A DNA stretch of 64,000 nucleotides. It comes from Chiloscyllium plagiosum (lineage: Eukaryota). How positions within the stretch are numbered: position 1 is the stretch's first letter; each line of letters begins with the position of its first letter. The position numbers and the translations under genes were made by a program. The notes beneath the pieces are model-generated. The model saw nothing but the letters and a program-made list of their open reading frames with translations. It did no database searches and was not told the origin of the DNA. This document shows positions 37,421 through 51,616 of this stretch, piece by piece. The stretch is from contig NC_057718.1 of NCBI RefSeq assembly GCF_004010195.1, positions 67,831,872 to 67,895,871 on the forward strand. Reading direction: 5' to 3'.

Positions 37421-38503
37421 AAAATTCAATAAGTCAGTCAACTTATTAACTGAACTGTCATCTTCATGTATGTGTGTACGTATACTTCCTCTTCTTGCAT
37501 GCCTTTCAGAATTTTACCATTAACCTGTAGTGTCTCTTTATTCTTCAGATCAAAACGTACCTTCTTTTCTTCGGCACTAAATTTTATCTTCAATGCATCC
37601 ATGCATTCTGTATTTCTACTCTCTACCGAAATCCTATTACTATCTTCTTCACTGTTACTAGACTTCAAAGTTGCATCAATTTAAAAGTTTTACACTTGCA
37701 GTCCCAAGTCCAAGTCATCATTTGCATCCGCAACAACAATGGTTCTGGTCTAAACTTAGAGAAAATTTCTCTGCAGTCTGGAAAAAGTCAATCGCCACAA
37801 CTATATTTCGACTCCTTTCTGATTTTTTATATCTAGATTGTTACTTTTCATATCATGGGCTGCAATTTTGCCAGAAAGCCGAATATATGGTAGTTCACAC
37901 ATACGGATTTGCAAGAAAATATTGATAATAATAGCTGCAGTACCCTACTCTACTCTCTGTAATGTTATTAAAAAAAACAGCATGGCACAATGCAGTTAAC
38001 ATTGGTTACAGAATGAATATTTCATGCTGAATCATAGGTGCTACCGAAGCATTATCTTCTCTTGTGATTTGTATGAGTGAGAACTTTAAAATTTTAGGCA
38101 TTATTGGATGGGGAGCCAGTAAAAGTCAATAAGCACAGGGGTTATTTAAGATTAGGACAGTAAAACTTTGGATGGATATAAGTTTATGTAGGGTAGAGAT
38201 GGAAGGCCTGGCAGGAAGCTTTGGAATAGTCAGGTCTAGAGGTAGAACTGAGAGACGAATGAGTCCAGCAATGTTATGAAGATGGTGGTAGTCTTGGTGC
38301 ATCTATGTGGTTGGAAGTATAATTCTAAGTCAACCATAACATCAAGGTTACTAATAGCCTTATTCAGTTAAGGCAGTTACTAAGATGGAAATGATGGGTA
38401 GGAAATTTGTGATGTAGTTCCAAGGCAGTGGTTATAGACGACTTAGTTCAACGATATCTCATTCAATATTGGATGTCAGATAAGCAGTGTGACCAATCAG
38501 ACA

Positions 38504-38697
38504 AAGTCAGAAGTCACATGGCACCAGATTATAGTCTAACAGGTTTATTTGAATCACAAGCTTTCGGAGCACTGCTCCTTGTCAGGTGAAGTCTCTGAAA
38601 GCCTGTGATTTCAAATAAACCTGTAGGACTATAACCTGGAGTTGTGTGACTTCTGACTTTGTCCATCCCAGTCCAACACCGGCATCTCCACATCACA
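38504..38697. mobile_element. Fold-back mini PLE element (family C)
   Basis: Inverted arms (aagtcagaagtcac..ttatagtc.aacaggtttatttgaa / ttcaaataaacctgtaggactataa..gtgacttctgactt). TSD aatcagaca at 38495-38503 and 38698-38706. Confidence 0.8.
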
Positions 38698-38789
38698 AAT
38701 CAGACAGTTGAAGAAGTATAAAGAGGTATTAAGAGCGAGTGAGATAGAACAGAATAACAGCATGTAAGTATGCAGAGAAGAGTTTTCAA

Positions 38790-41000
38790 ATGGTGTCACC
38801 CACGATAGAAAGTGAGGCAAGAGAGATGGGAGAGTGGCATTTTAGCTGTACTTAGGGAGGATGCTCCTGGAAATACATCCAGGGAAGTTATTTGGGTGGA
38901 ACTGAGAAATAAGAAAGGGATGATCACCTTATTGGGATTGTATCATAGAGCCCTTTAAAGCCAGTGGGAAATTGAGAAATTTGTAAGGAGATCTCAGCTA
39001 TCTGTAAGAATAATAGGGTGGTTATGGTAGGGGATTTTAACTTTCCAAGCATAGACTGGGACAGCCATAGTTGTGGTTCTTTTTGCCGAGCTGGCAATTT
39101 GTGTCGCAGACATTTCGTCCCCTGTCTAGGTGATATCCTCAGTGCTTGGGAGCCTCCTGTGAAGCGCTTCTGTGATGTTTCCTCCGGCATTTATAGGGGT
39201 TTGAATCTGCCGCTTCCGGCAGTTCCAGCTGTCCGCTGCAGTGGTCGGTATATTGGGTCCAGGTCGATGTGCTTATTGATTGAATCTGTGGATGAATGCC
39301 ATGCCTCTAGGAATTCCCTGGCTGTTCTCTGTTTGACTTGTCCTATAATAGTAGAGTTGTCCCAGTGCGTGTGTGGCTACTAAGGATAGCTGGTCGTGTC
39401 GTTGCGTGGCTAGTTAGTGTTCATGGATGCGGATCGTTAGCTGTCTTCCTGTTAGTCACCTTGGGGCCAGCAGCCATAGTTCTATTGGTTTTAAAATAGT
39501 GATGGAAAAGGATAGACCAGATCTAAAATGTTGAAGTTCTACATTGGAGGAAGGCTAATTTTGCCGGTATTAGGCAAGAGCTTTTAAAAGCTGACTGGGT
39601 GCAGATGTTCACAGGTAAAATGACGGCTGGAAAATGGGAAGCCTTCAGAAATGAGATAATGAGAATCCAGAGATTCTCTTTAGGGTGAAAGGAAAGGCTG
39701 GTAGGTGTAGGGAATGCTGGATGACTAGAGGAATTGAGGGTTTGGTTAAGAAGAAGAAGGAAGCATATCTCGGGTATGGACAGGATAGATCGAGTGAATC
39801 CTTAGAGTATTCAGGCAGTAGGAGTATACTTAAGAGGGAAATCAGGAGGGCAAAAAGGAACATGAGATAGCTTTGGCAAATAGGGTTAAGGAGAATCAAA
39901 AGGACTTTTACAAACTCATTAAGGATCAAAGAGGAACTAAGGAGAGAATAAGGCCCCTCAAAGATCAGCAAGGCGGCCTTTGTGTGGAACCGCAAGAGAT
40001 AGGGGAGATACTAAACAAATACTTTGCATCAGTGGTCTGAGACCAGTGGAGTGCCACAAGGATCGGTGCTGAGTTCACTACTTTTCATCATTTATATAAA
40101 TGATTTGGATGTGAGCATAAGAGGTATAGTTAGTAAGTTTGCAGATGACACCAAAATTGGAGGTTAGTGGACGGCGAAGAAGGTTACCTCAGAGTACAAT
40201 GGGATCTTGATCAGATGGGCCAATGAGCTGAGGAGTGGCAGATGGAGTTTAATTAAATGCGAGATATTGCATTTTGGGAAAGCAAATCTTAGCAGGATTT
40301 GTACACTTAATGGTCAGGTCCTGGAGAGTGTTGCTGAACAGAGAGACCTTGGAGTGCAGGTTCATAGTTCCTTGAAAGTAGAGTCGCAGGTAGATAGGAT
40401 AGTGAAAAAGGTGTTTGGTATGTTTTCCTCTATTGATCAGAATATTGAGTTTAGGAGTTGGGAGGTCATGTTTCATCTATACAGGACGTTAGTTAGGCCA
40501 CTTTTGGAATATTGCATGCCATTCTAGTCTCCTTCCTATTCGAAGGATGTTGTGAAATTTGAAAGGGTTCAGAAAAGATTTACAAGGCTGTTGCCAGGGT
40601 TAGAGGATTTGAGCTATAGGGAGAGTTTGAACAGGCTAGGGCTGTTTTCCCTGGATCATCGGGGGCTGAGGGGTGACCTTATAAAATCATGAGGGGTATG
40701 GATAGGATAAGTGGACAAAATCTTTTCTGTGGGGTGGGGGAGTCCAGAATTAGAGGGCATAGGTTTTGGGTGAGGGGAAAGCTATAAAAGAGACCTAAGG
40801 GGCAACCTTTTCACAGAAAGGATGGTGCATGTATGGAATGATCTGCCAGAGGAAGTGGTGGAGGCTGGTACAATTGCAACATTTAAAAGGCATCTGGGTG
40901 GGTACATGAATAGGAAGGGTTTGGAGGGATATAGGCCGGGTGCTGGCAAGTGGGACTAGATTAGGTTGGGATATCTGGCCGACATGGACGAGTTGGACCG
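38790..41000 (+). mobile_element. CR1 LINE with internal deletions and a nested PLE
   Basis: Same subfamily as 24968-27438 (VMVGDFNFP, MKGKAGR, RPLLEYC). The central RT part is deleted near 40035. Confidence 0.9.
39069..39455 (-). mobile_element. Poseidon-type PLE 3' fragment with pseudo-LTR hammerhead (family B)
   Basis: Highly similar to 4458-4845. Confidence 0.88.
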
Positions 41001-41418
41001 TCCAATTTTGGTAACAGAGGATTTAGAGAAATTAAAGATATTCAGGTAGTGTCACTTTGATTTTTTGGAAGAGAAATCCCATTTGACTGACTTATTGAAT
41101 TTTTTGAAGAAGTAACATGTTTTGTGGTTAAAAGGGAATGAGTGGATGTATTGCACTTAGACATCATTCTATGATGAACATTCTAGAACTCCCATCTTAG
41201 CATTCTGGGTTGTCACAAAACCCCAAGGACTGTAATGATTCAAGAAGGCAGCTCACCACCGCCACCTCTTGGGGAAGGGCAATAAATGTTGGCCACATCT
41301 AATGAACAAATAACAAAAATTGGATGGTATCACATCAAAGATTATCATGGAATGTAAAGGTAGGGAAGTTATGCTCAGTTATGTAGGGCATTGGTGAGCC
41401 ATCATCCAGCAAGTTATG

Positions 41419-41640
41419 TACAGTTGGTTCTGCTATAATGCATGTTTTGTCAACACAAATTGGCTTTTAGGCGATTGAAGAACTTAAACTGTTATTTGTA
41501 GAACGGAAACTTTCCTTACCTGTATTGGGCATAATGCTATTTTAGCCCCATTAGTTTAGATGGCGCAACTATTGCGTGATTCTCTAATAATGCAAAATTG
41601 CATCAGACTGGAACTATCGCACTATATCAGATCAACTTAT
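41419..41640. mobile_element. Tigger-like MITE copy inserted in a decayed CR1 (about 41000-42130)
   Basis: Starts TAcagttggttctgctataa; opposite orientation to 20589-20811. Confidence 0.6.
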
Positions 41641-42575
41641 TCAAAGAAGGTTGGATATGCATTGGAAACAATACAAAAAAAAGGCTTATTGTGTTCAGAA
41701 TGTGCAGGTCCTGCGATGAGTAAAGATTTGACAGGCTAAGCTTGTATCTTCTTGTTTTTACAGGGTAAGAGGCAACTTCATTTCAACTATAAGATCAAGC
41801 CAGTCTTTGCGTGATACATGCAGAAAGGCTATGGGAAGATGTAGGAGGAATTGCTTTTTAAAAATGAGTATCAGTCATTTAAGACCAATGATGTGAATTT
41901 TTTTCTCCTGGGGGTGGTAAATGTTTGGAACCTCTTCCTCCAAAGGCAATGGAAGTAGTCTTTGAATCTTTTTAAGGCAGAGGTAGACAGACTCTTGATA
42001 AGCAAAGGTTAAAAGATTACCAGGGGAAAATGGGGATGTGGAGTTATCAGATCAGCCATGATCTTATTGAATAGTGGATCAGACTCAAGAGGCCAAGTGA
42101 CCCAATCCTTTACAATATGTACATCTGTATGAATGGTGAACAGCTTTTAGTAATCAATACTTGCATAATAATACTTTGTGATCTCTTTGTACTTCTAAAT
42201 AATTAGCTGTTCATCAAAGATGTTCAATTCTGTGGCCCTTGGACTTGAGTGACAGACTAAGGTTATATCCATGGAACGTTTCGGGTGAGAAAAGTACTAG
42301 GTCTGCTGAGGATAAGGTATAATGGATGGTAAAGGGGGTATGATTTATTAAATCAGTAGCTGCTGGATAGTTGGGAACTTGAGAGTACATTGGTAATTGT
42401 TTTAAGATACATTTTTCCAGGGACAGAGGCAGGACTTGGGGAATAAGGGGAAATCGATAGAGTGCAGTACAAGGATGTGATCAGATTTCCATATCAATAG
42501 TGCAAGTGATACGGTAGTGAGGGCATGTGAGACAGGATTCAGCAAGTGGCCATGTGTAGGACTGTTTGTATGAAA

Positions 42576-45570
42576 TCATAGAGTCCTACAGCACGGAGAT
42601 AGGCTCTTTGGCATGCCTCTCATGATCTTATACACTATTATTAGATGATTAGGGGGTTAGATAGGGTTGACAGTGTGAACCTTTTCCCGCGTATGGAGTC
42701 GGGTATTACAAGGGGGCATAGCTTTAAATTAAGGGGGGGTAGATATAGGACTGAAGTTAGGGGTAGGTTCTTCACTCAGCGAGTCGTAAGTTCATGGAAT
42801 GCCCTGCCAGCAGCAGTGGTGGACTCTCCCTCTTTATGGGCATTTAAGCGGGCATTGGATAGGTATATGGAGGATAGTGGGTTAGTATAGGTTAGGTGGG
42901 CTTGGATCGGCGCAACATCGAGGGCCAAAGGGCCTGTACTGCGCTGTATTCTTCTATGTTCTATGTATAAGATCCCTACTCAGTCTCCTATGCTCTAAAG
43001 AAAGAAAGTCGAAGCTTGTCCAACCTCTCCCTATAACTCAGACCCTTGAGTCCTGGCAACATCTTGTAAATTTCTTCTGCACTCTTTCCAGTTTAATAAC
43101 ATCTTTCCTATATCAAAACTGAACACAATACTCCAAGTGTGGCCTCAGCAATGTCTTGTACAACTGCAATATAACTTTCCGACTTCGATACTCAATGCCT
43201 GACTCATGAAGGCCAGTGTGCCAAAAAACCCCTTCATTGCTCTGTCTACCTGTGGCTGTACTTCCAGAAAACAGTGCACCTGAACTCCACATTCCCTGTA
43301 TTCTACTACACTCCTTAAGGCCCTACCATTCACCATGAAACTCCTACCTTGATTTGACTTTCCAAAAGACAACAACTCTCACTTATCTATATTAAACTCC
43401 ATTTTCCATTTCTTGGCCCACTTCCCCAGCTGATCAAGGGCCTGCTGCAATTTCTGATAAAACTTCCTCACTGTCCACATTTTAATGTTATCTGCAAACT
43501 TACTAATCATGCCTTGTACATTCTCATCCAAGTCATTGATATAGATAACAAACAGCAATAAGCTCTACACCAACCCCTGAGGCACTCCATTGGTCACAGG
43601 CCTCCAGTCCGACAAGCATCCTTCCACTATTGCCATCTGCTTTATTCCATCAAGCTAATTATGTTTCCAATTAGCTTGCTCCCCCTGGATTCCATGCAAT
43701 CTAACCTTCCAGAGCAGCCTACCACATGGAACCTTATCAAAGGCCCTACTGAAGTTCATATAGACTATGTCTACCACCCTGTCTTCATAAACCTTCTTCG
43801 TCACTTCATCAAAGAGCTCAACCAAATTTGTGAGGCATGATCTCCCACACACAAAACCATGCTGACTGTTCCTAATCAAACCTTTTCTTTCCAAATATAT
43901 GTATATAGCTTATCTGTCAGAATCTTCTCAAGTAACATACCTACCACAGAAGTTAGGCTTGCTGGCCTATAGTTCCCAGGATTTTCTTTGCAGCCCTTAA
44001 ATAAGGGCATAACATTTGCTACCCTCTAGTCTTCTGGGACCTCGCCCATGGCTAACAGTAGTGCAAAAGTATTAGCCAGGGCCCCTATCATTTCTTCTCT
44101 TGCATCTTAGTGTTCTTGGATATATCTGGTCAGGAACAGGAGATTTATCCACCTTCCAACATTCAGTATCTCTTCTACTGTGAAATGGACTGTCTCCAAG
44201 ATATCACCACTAACTTCACAAATTCACAAGTCTTCATGTCTTTCTGCACAGGCGTAAACACAGAGGAAAAATATTCATTGAGGACCTCTCCCATCTCCTG
44301 CGGTTCTACACGTACATGTCCACTTTGGTCCTTGAGGGGTCTTATTCTCTCTCTAGTTATTCTATTTCCTTTGATATACTTAAAGATCCTCTTTGGATTC
44401 ACCATAATCATCTCAGCCAAGGCTATCTTGTGCCCCCTTTTCACCCTCCTGATTTCTTTCTTCAGTAAACTCCTGTATCCCCTTTATATCCCCAGGGATT
44501 CCCTTGATCCTGAGCTGCCTATCTGAGCCATGCCTCCTCTTTTTTTCTGGTCAGAGCCTCAATGTCTCTTGAGATCCAGGGTTCCGAATTCCTGCCAAAC
44601 TTGCCCTTCACCCTCACCAGAATATATTGATCTTGAACTCTAGCTATCTCACTTTTGAAGGCCTCCCACTTGCAAGAAGTCCCTTTGCCAGCAAACAACC
44701 TATTCCAATCAACCCCTGCAAGCTCCTGTCGAATTCTTTCAAAATTCACCTTGCTCCAATTTAGAAATTGAACCTGTGGACCAGTTTTGTCCCTCTCCAT
44801 AACTGGTCACTGGTTCCAAAGTGCTCCCCGACTGTCATCTCATTCACCTGTTCTGCCCTATTTCCCAAAAATAGGTCAAATTTTGCCCCTTCCTGTTCGA
44901 GGAAACTTTCCCGAATGCACTTAACAAATTCCATCCCATTTAAGCCCTTAACACTATAGCAGTCCCAGTCTATGTTAGGAAAATTAAAATCCCCTATTAT
45001 GACAACCCTATTGCTCTTACTGGTCTTCTCAGTCTCTCTGCACATTGTTCCTCTAATTCCTGTTGAGTATTTGGGGGCCTATAGTACAATCCCAATAATG
45101 TCACCGTCCCCTTCTTATTTCTTAGCTTCACCTACCAAGCCTCGCCGGATGTTTCTTCAGTTAGTTCATGTCTGATGATTGCTGTGATACTTGTCATAAT
45201 CAAATATGCAAACCCCCTGTCCCCCTCTTTCCACCATCTCTGGTCTAACTAAAGCACCTGTACCCTGGCACATTAAGCTGCCAGTCCTGTCCCCCTCTCA
45301 GCCATGTTTCTGTGATAATTCTAACATCCCAGTCCCACTTCCCTATCTATGCTCCGGGTTCATCATTCTTACTTCTCAGTCCTCTTGCATTGAAATAGAT
45401 GCAATTTAATCCAACAGACATTCCTCACTCCTTGTCGTGTTCCAGCCTGACCTATCTCTTCAACTTACTATTTCTGATTATTGTATCTCCTTCTAACCTG
45501 CACTAGCCTTCCTGCTGTTGAAGCTCCCCCCCCCCCCCCGCACCATCAATCTAGTTTAAACCATCCCTGT
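42576..45570 (-). mobile_element. CR1 LINE, near full-length decayed ORF2
   Basis: Minus-strand ORFs 44761-45045 (VIIGDFNFP), 44519-44800, 44175-44444, 43655-43894 (SQHGF..AFDKVP) and 43145-43375. Confidence 0.9.
42643..42966 (+). mobile_element. Young CR1 3' end (third subfamily)
   Basis: Uninterrupted C-terminal ORF MIRGLDRVD..TRGHSFKL..FFTQRVVSSWNALP, CpG-rich, (ttctatg)n tail. Confidence 0.9.
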
Positions 45571-46189
45571 AGCAGTAGCCAATCTGGCTTCCAAACGTGG
45601 TCCTGGGCATGTGTAAAGAACATTGTGCAGACAAAGATCAGAAGTTGGTTAGATTCAAGATTGTTATAGAAATGGACAACGATGAGCCTGATTTTTTTTT
45701 TAATAAGATCAGATATGGTTTGGCCAGGGTGGACTGGGAACAGATACTTTCAAGTTAATCTGCCCAAACAGTGGGGCACATTCAGGAAAGAAATTTGGAG
45801 AGTACAAGGCCATTATCTTCCAATTTAAAAAAGGATGGGACCATCAAATCCTGTGAGCCCCAGATATTAAAGGATATACAGAGTGGAATTAAGAGAAAAG
45901 AGGAGGCTAATGGTTAATGTCAAAACAGTATAAATCCTACAGGAATATAGAATAGGAAAGAGAGAACGTAAAAAGGAAATTAGGAGAGCTAAAAGGAGAT
46001 ATGAAAGGATACTGGCAGGTGAAATAAAGAACTATCCTAAGTTGTTGTACAGGTACATTAAGGGTAAAAGAATATCTCTGGGAAAAGGTACAGCCCATTA
46101 AAGACCACCAGTAATTTATGCATGGAGCTAAAGCATACAGGTAAGGTTCTTAATGAATATTTTGTATTGGTGTTCACTAGGGAAAGAGG

Positions 46190-46400
46190 GCAAAACAAAA
46201 ACATAAATTGCTGGAAAAACTCAGCAAGTCTGACAACATTTGTGGACAGAAAGCAGAGTTGACATTTTGGGGCCATTGACCTTGAAAACTGGACCGAAAA
46301 CGTTAACTCTGCTTTCTGTTCACAGGTGTTACCAGACCTGCTGAGTTTTTTTAGCAATTTCTGTTTTTGTTTCTGATTTCCAGCATCCATAGTTCTTTTT
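46190..46400. mobile_element. Fold-back mini PLE element (family D)
   Basis: aaattgctggaaaaactcagcaagtctg..cagaaagcagagttgac inverted as gttaactctgctttctg..ccagacctgctgagttttt..gcaattt. Confidence 0.75.
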
Positions 46401-47326
46401 TTTTAGAGAGGCGGGTGATATAGGTATGGAATCAGGGAGAAGCACTCTGATACGATTAAAGAAATTAGCATAGACAGAGAAGAAGTTCTGACAAACTGAA
46501 AAGTAGGCATGTCTAGGGCCAGATGAAATGTATCCCAGGTTGTTGAGTGAGACAAAGGAGAAAATAGCAGGGGCATTTGCAAAAATTTTCAGTTCCTCTT
46601 TGGTCACAGGAAAGGACCTAGAGGACACCCAGTGTAGTACCGTACTTCCAGAAGGAAGCAAGAAATCAACCAGGAAACTACAATACAATCACTGTAACCT
46701 TGGTGGTGGGGAAACTATTATAAGCAATTCTGAGGGACACAATTAATCTGTATTTGGAGAGACTGGGATTAATCAAGAACAGTCAACATGCTTTTGTTAA
46801 GGGGAGGTCACGTCTGACCAACTTGATTGAATTTTTTGAAGAGGTGACCAGAGGAGGGCAATGTGTTTGATGTGTTTCACTTGGACTTCAGCAAGGCTTT
46901 TGATAAGATCCTGAATGGGAAACTGATAGCAAAAGTAAGAACCTATGAGATCCAAGGAAATTTGGTAAATTTAATTCATAATTGATTTGCACGAAGCAGA
47001 TGATGATGATGGTTGAGAGCTGTTTTTGTGTCCAGTGAGAAATGTTAGTGTTGGGATGCTTGCTGTTTGTGTTGTGTATAAATGATTTAGACTTGAATCT
47101 AGGTGAGTTCACAGGTGATACAAAAATTGACGGGGTGCTTAATAATGAGGATAGCGTTAGACCACAAGAGGATCTAGATGGGCCGATCAGTGACAATTTG
47201 AATTCAATCTGGATAAATGTGATAAGATGCACGTTGGCAGGACAAACAAAGCAAGAGAGTATGTGATGACAGTAGTACCCTAGGGAGAACAGAAGAACAG
47301 TGATTAAGAAGGCATATGGTGCACAC

Positions 47327-47425
47327 ATTCTTGATGAAGGGCGTATGCCCGAAATGTCAATTCTCCTGTTCTTCGGATGCTGCCTGACCTGCTGTGCTTT
47401 TCCAGCACTACACTCTTCGACTCTG
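47327..47425 (+). mobile_element. Mini PLE-derived element (family A), sense strand, hammerhead core mutated
   Basis: uUGAUGA a GGGC guau GCCC GAAA uGUC: C3 is changed to U. Confidence 0.8.
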
Positions 47426-47699
47426 ACATATGATATACTTGCCTTTATTAGCCTAAGCATAGAGTTTAGGAACAGGAAGGATATGTTGGAACGGTATAAA
47501 ACATTGGTTACGGCATAGCTAGAGTAATTTTATCAGTTGTGGAATCCACATTTGCAAGAGAGTTGTGATAGCACTGGTGAGAGTGCATCTTGAACAGTCG
47601 GCAGGTTTTAACCATGGACCATGCCATCCTCCTTCAAAGCCCCTGCTTGATCTCCAGTTGCAAGAGCCTGACCATGTCTCATTCCATTCTTACCTATCT

Positions 47700-48590
47700 A
47701 GACATGGCTAGAGTACCTTTTCCACTCCTGCACTGTTTTGTCTAGTTTCCCAAGGATCTATCCCTGGACCCTCCAATTTCTCATATGCATGTTGTCCCTT
47801 GGCATCATCAGCTGGATGCTTTTTTCTTTGCATGCATCCTGGTGACACTCAGCTCTATCATACCACAGCTCTTTAACTCTTCTACTGGATATCTGACATC
47901 TATTTCTGGATGAGCTGAAATTTACTCTAAGTATTAAGAAGATCAAAACATAAGCCCTGTTCTATACTTCACAGCTACAGGCTCTATTCCTCCTCTTAGT
48001 AATTGACTGACACTATGTTAGTCTAGTTGAAAACTTGGTGTCATATTTGACCTGAAAACAAGCTTCTGACCTAATACACTCATTTTAACTAAGGTTGTCT
48101 GTTTCGATGTCCCTAAAAACATCACCAGACTTTGCCTCTGTTTTTCTGCTGTTAGAACCCTCATATGCAGATCATACAAAAATCTGTTCTTGTTTGAACT
48201 TGTAACTCATCCCATTCATCCAGCATCTCTGTCCTTACTAACTTATTGGCTCCCATTTAGGGACTGCATATTTTAAATTTTTCATCTTTGTTTCCAAAAT
48301 TCTTTATAGCTTCTCACTTTTCTGCAGTCTCCTTCAGTCCGAAAGCCCTCCATGATATCAATGTTCATCTGAGCATCCCAATTTATATTACTTCACAACT
48401 GGTGGCTAAACACTAAGCTGTTAAATCATCCATCTAAGTATCTCTGCCTCTTTTGCTCACTTCCCCTTTAAAATCTCTGACCAAACTGTTGGTCATCTGA
48501 TCGAATATCTCTTATGTGATTTAGTGTTGTCTGAAGTGCCTTTGAGTATTTTACTACATTGAATGCTATAAACGTTATCATTGTTGTTAG
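47700..48590 (+). mobile_element. Decayed L2-like LINE 3' part
   Basis: Degenerate HITP.L..L.WLP..RI.FKI motif at about 48205-48300 and an L2-type 3' end. Further likely L2 remnants on - at about 38050-38490, 49780-50200 and 63390-63600. Confidence 0.55.
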
Positions 48591-50380
48591 ATAATGTACT
48601 CACATTGTCAAACTGGGAAGTGGTGATGGGTTTGGCAGTTACAATGGTATCGGTCAGCAGCTGGTTCCATAGGTAGAGCAGGGCTTTCAAGTCTGAGAAC
48701 AGCTTATAGCCAGTCTGCAGTAATAGAGGGGGAATACCTTGCTATCTTTAAAAATACTCTTCCATCAAGGACAGATGTGGACTTAAACTCAGTTGGGCTG
48801 AGATTCCCACGTGCTTGCATGGTCTTCATAGAAATGGCCAATTAATTGGAGGTACCTTTTGAAGCATCCATAAGTTTACAACCTCATGAGGGCTGAAGTC
48901 AATGTTTGTCATGTGGAAGGCAACCTTTCTTTCCTCTGTGGCCCTATCATTGTAAGACAGTTTAATCCTGCAGAGCCCTAGTCTACTAACAGAAAGCTAC
49001 CTCCATATGGCTTTTGGGCTTGGTACACAGTACATAGAGGGAGCCTTCTCAACTGGGTAGGTAGCACTTGCATTTGATAAGCTGTATCCAGAAAGATCTC
49101 CTGAAGCCAGGAAAATATAAGACCACTGACCTGACACTGACTTTTTGTATTTTCTTCCTTGTCCCATTCCTCTGTCCCCTCTTCTCCATGGATCTCTGTA
49201 AATGTCTGTGCAGAGTTTCAAAAATTGCAGGACAACAAACCTTTTCTGTGATGCTGGTTGGAGTTGCAACTTGGAAACCTGTATAATTGGAAATTACCCT
49301 GTATTTCTGATTCAGTCAGTGTAAACAACATATGAATCGTTTGCAATAAATCATGCTGGAAGTACTTGGTTCCAAGTACTTCCAATTCTAAGAAGCAGGA
49401 TGCAGGGAGACTGAATTGCCAAGGAAATTAGATTGAGTGATTGTAATATCATTGTGTTCAAATTAAAGCATTTTGAGGATATACACATAACCCAGAAATA
49501 TGAATCAGCTTTTTGCATTTAACTCTTTGCTTGCTTGCAATTTTGCACCAAATGATAAGCTTTTAGTTGACTCGGTATAGCAATTGAAATTGTATAACAA
49601 CCCAGGCAAAAGTATTTAATTCTGCCTTCGCCACTCACAAGAACAATCACAAAATCGAGAGTGGTGGGAGTGTAGTATTTTTAAAGATAAAAAGGGATCA
49701 TCAGTACGACAGAGCTTCAGGTTTGTAAAGAGGATACCTTTTGACTTTTCCCCCCAACAGAATTAGAGTTGTTTGATAATATGACTTGTTTCCCGAGCAG
49801 CTGAGCATTTGCAGTTTTTATTTCTACATTTATGTAGAGTCTTTGTCGTGGTCAAACATACCACAGCAACTTCAGAAATAATTTTTAAACAAATATTGGC
49901 ACTAACCAACTGATGGAGATATATTAGGGGAAATAACCCAAAGCTTAGACAGAAAGGTAAGCTTTAAGGAATAAATTAGGGAGGTGTAGCCAGAGAATGC
50001 CAGAACTTTGAACTTACAGTTTTGGCAGCAAAGCCATATTTGCCAACAGTGCTGTTAAATTCAGTAATAGATATGATGCCAGAATTAAATGAGTACAGAG
50101 CTTAAGGGCTGGCGAAGGCCGCAGAGATCGGAAGAGTGAATTCATGGAGGAATTTGAAAGCAATGGTAGAGAAGGTAGAAATAGGTGATAACAGCATGTA
50201 AGTTAACTTTTCTCCACTGTTGAAACTATCATTTCAAATCTGATTTGAGTTTTATTGAGGTTGAAGTGCAGAATCTGTTAAATATTTGGTCATCTCTTAG
50301 TTGGGGAATGGTAGCATAGTTGAAAATGTGTTGCTGGAAAAGCGCAGCACGTCAGGCAGCATCCAAGGAGCAGGAGAATC

Positions 50381-50408
50381 GACGTTTCGGGCATGAGCCC
50401 TTCTTCAG
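50381..50408 (-). ncRNA. Minimal hammerhead ribozyme core (family A)
   Basis: CUGAAGA a GGGC ucau GCCC GAAA CGUC; self-complementary ACGU stem III, weak stem I. Confidence 0.7.
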
Positions 50409-51616
50409 GAATGAGGAAAGTGTGCCAAGCAGGCTAAGATAAAAGGTAGGGAGGAGGGACTTGGGGGAGGGGTGTTGGAAATGCAATAGGTGGGAGGAGG
50501 TTAAGGTGAGGGTGATAGGCCGGATTGGGGTGGGGGCGGAGAGGTCAGGAAGAAGATTGCAGGTTAGGAAGGTGGTGCTGAGTTCGAGGGTTGGGATTGA
50601 GACAAGGTGGGGGGAGGGGAAATGAGGAAACTGGAGAAATCTGAGTTCATCCCTTGTGGTTGGAGGGTTCCTAGGCGGAAGTTGAGGCACTCTTCCTCCA
50701 GCCGTCATGTTGCTATGGTCTGGCGATGGAGGGGTCCAAGGACCTGCATGTCCTTGGTGAGTGGGAGGGGGAGTTGAAGTGTTGAGCCACGTGGTGGTTG
50801 GGTTGGTTGGTCTCAGAGGTGTTCTCTGAAACGTTCCGCACGTAGGCGGCCTGTCTCCCCAATATAGAGGAGGCACATCCGGTGCAGCGGATGCAGTAAA
50901 TGTTGTGTGTGGAGGTGCAGGTGAATTTGTGGCGGATATGAAAAGATGCCTTGGAGGCAAGTAAGGGGGGAGGTGTGGGCGCAAGTTTTGCATTTCTTGC
51001 GGTTGCAGGGGAAGGTGCCGGGAGTGGAGGTTGGGTTGGTGGGGGGTGTGGACCTGACGAGGGAGTCACAGAGGGAGTGGTCTTTTCGGAACGCTGATAG
51101 GGGAGGGGAGGGAAATCTATCCCTGGTGGTGGGGTCCGTTTGGAGGTTTGCGGAAATGACAACGGATGATACGATGTATATGGAGGTTGGTGGGGTGGTA
51201 GGTGAGGAGCAGTGGGGTTCTGTCCTGGTGGCGATTGGAGGGGCGAGGCTCAAGGGCGGAGGAGCGGGAAGTGGAGGAGATGCGGTGGACAGCATCATCG
51301 ACCACGTCTTGGGGGAAATTGCGGCCTTTGAAGAAGGAGGCCATCTAGGTTGTTCGGTATTGGAACTGGTCCTCCTGGGAGCAGATGCGGCGGAGACGAA
51401 GGAATTGGGAATATGGGATGGCGTTTTTACAGGGGGCAGGGTGGGAGGAGGTGTAGTCTAGGTAGCTGTGGGAGTCGGTCGGTTAGGGGTGAACTCCAGA
51501 TTTCTTCAGTTTCCTCATTTCCCCTCCCCCTACTTTGTCTCAGTCCCAACCCTCGAACTCAGCACCGCCTTCCTAACCTGCAATCTTCTTCCTGACCTCT
51601 CCCCCCCCACCCCCCC

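Larger units (their letters stand above)
45700..47590 (+). mobile_element. Old CR1 LINE with two nested mini-PLEs
   Basis: MYPRLLSETKEKIAGAFAKIF, EFTGDTKIDG and related motifs. Confidence 0.75.
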
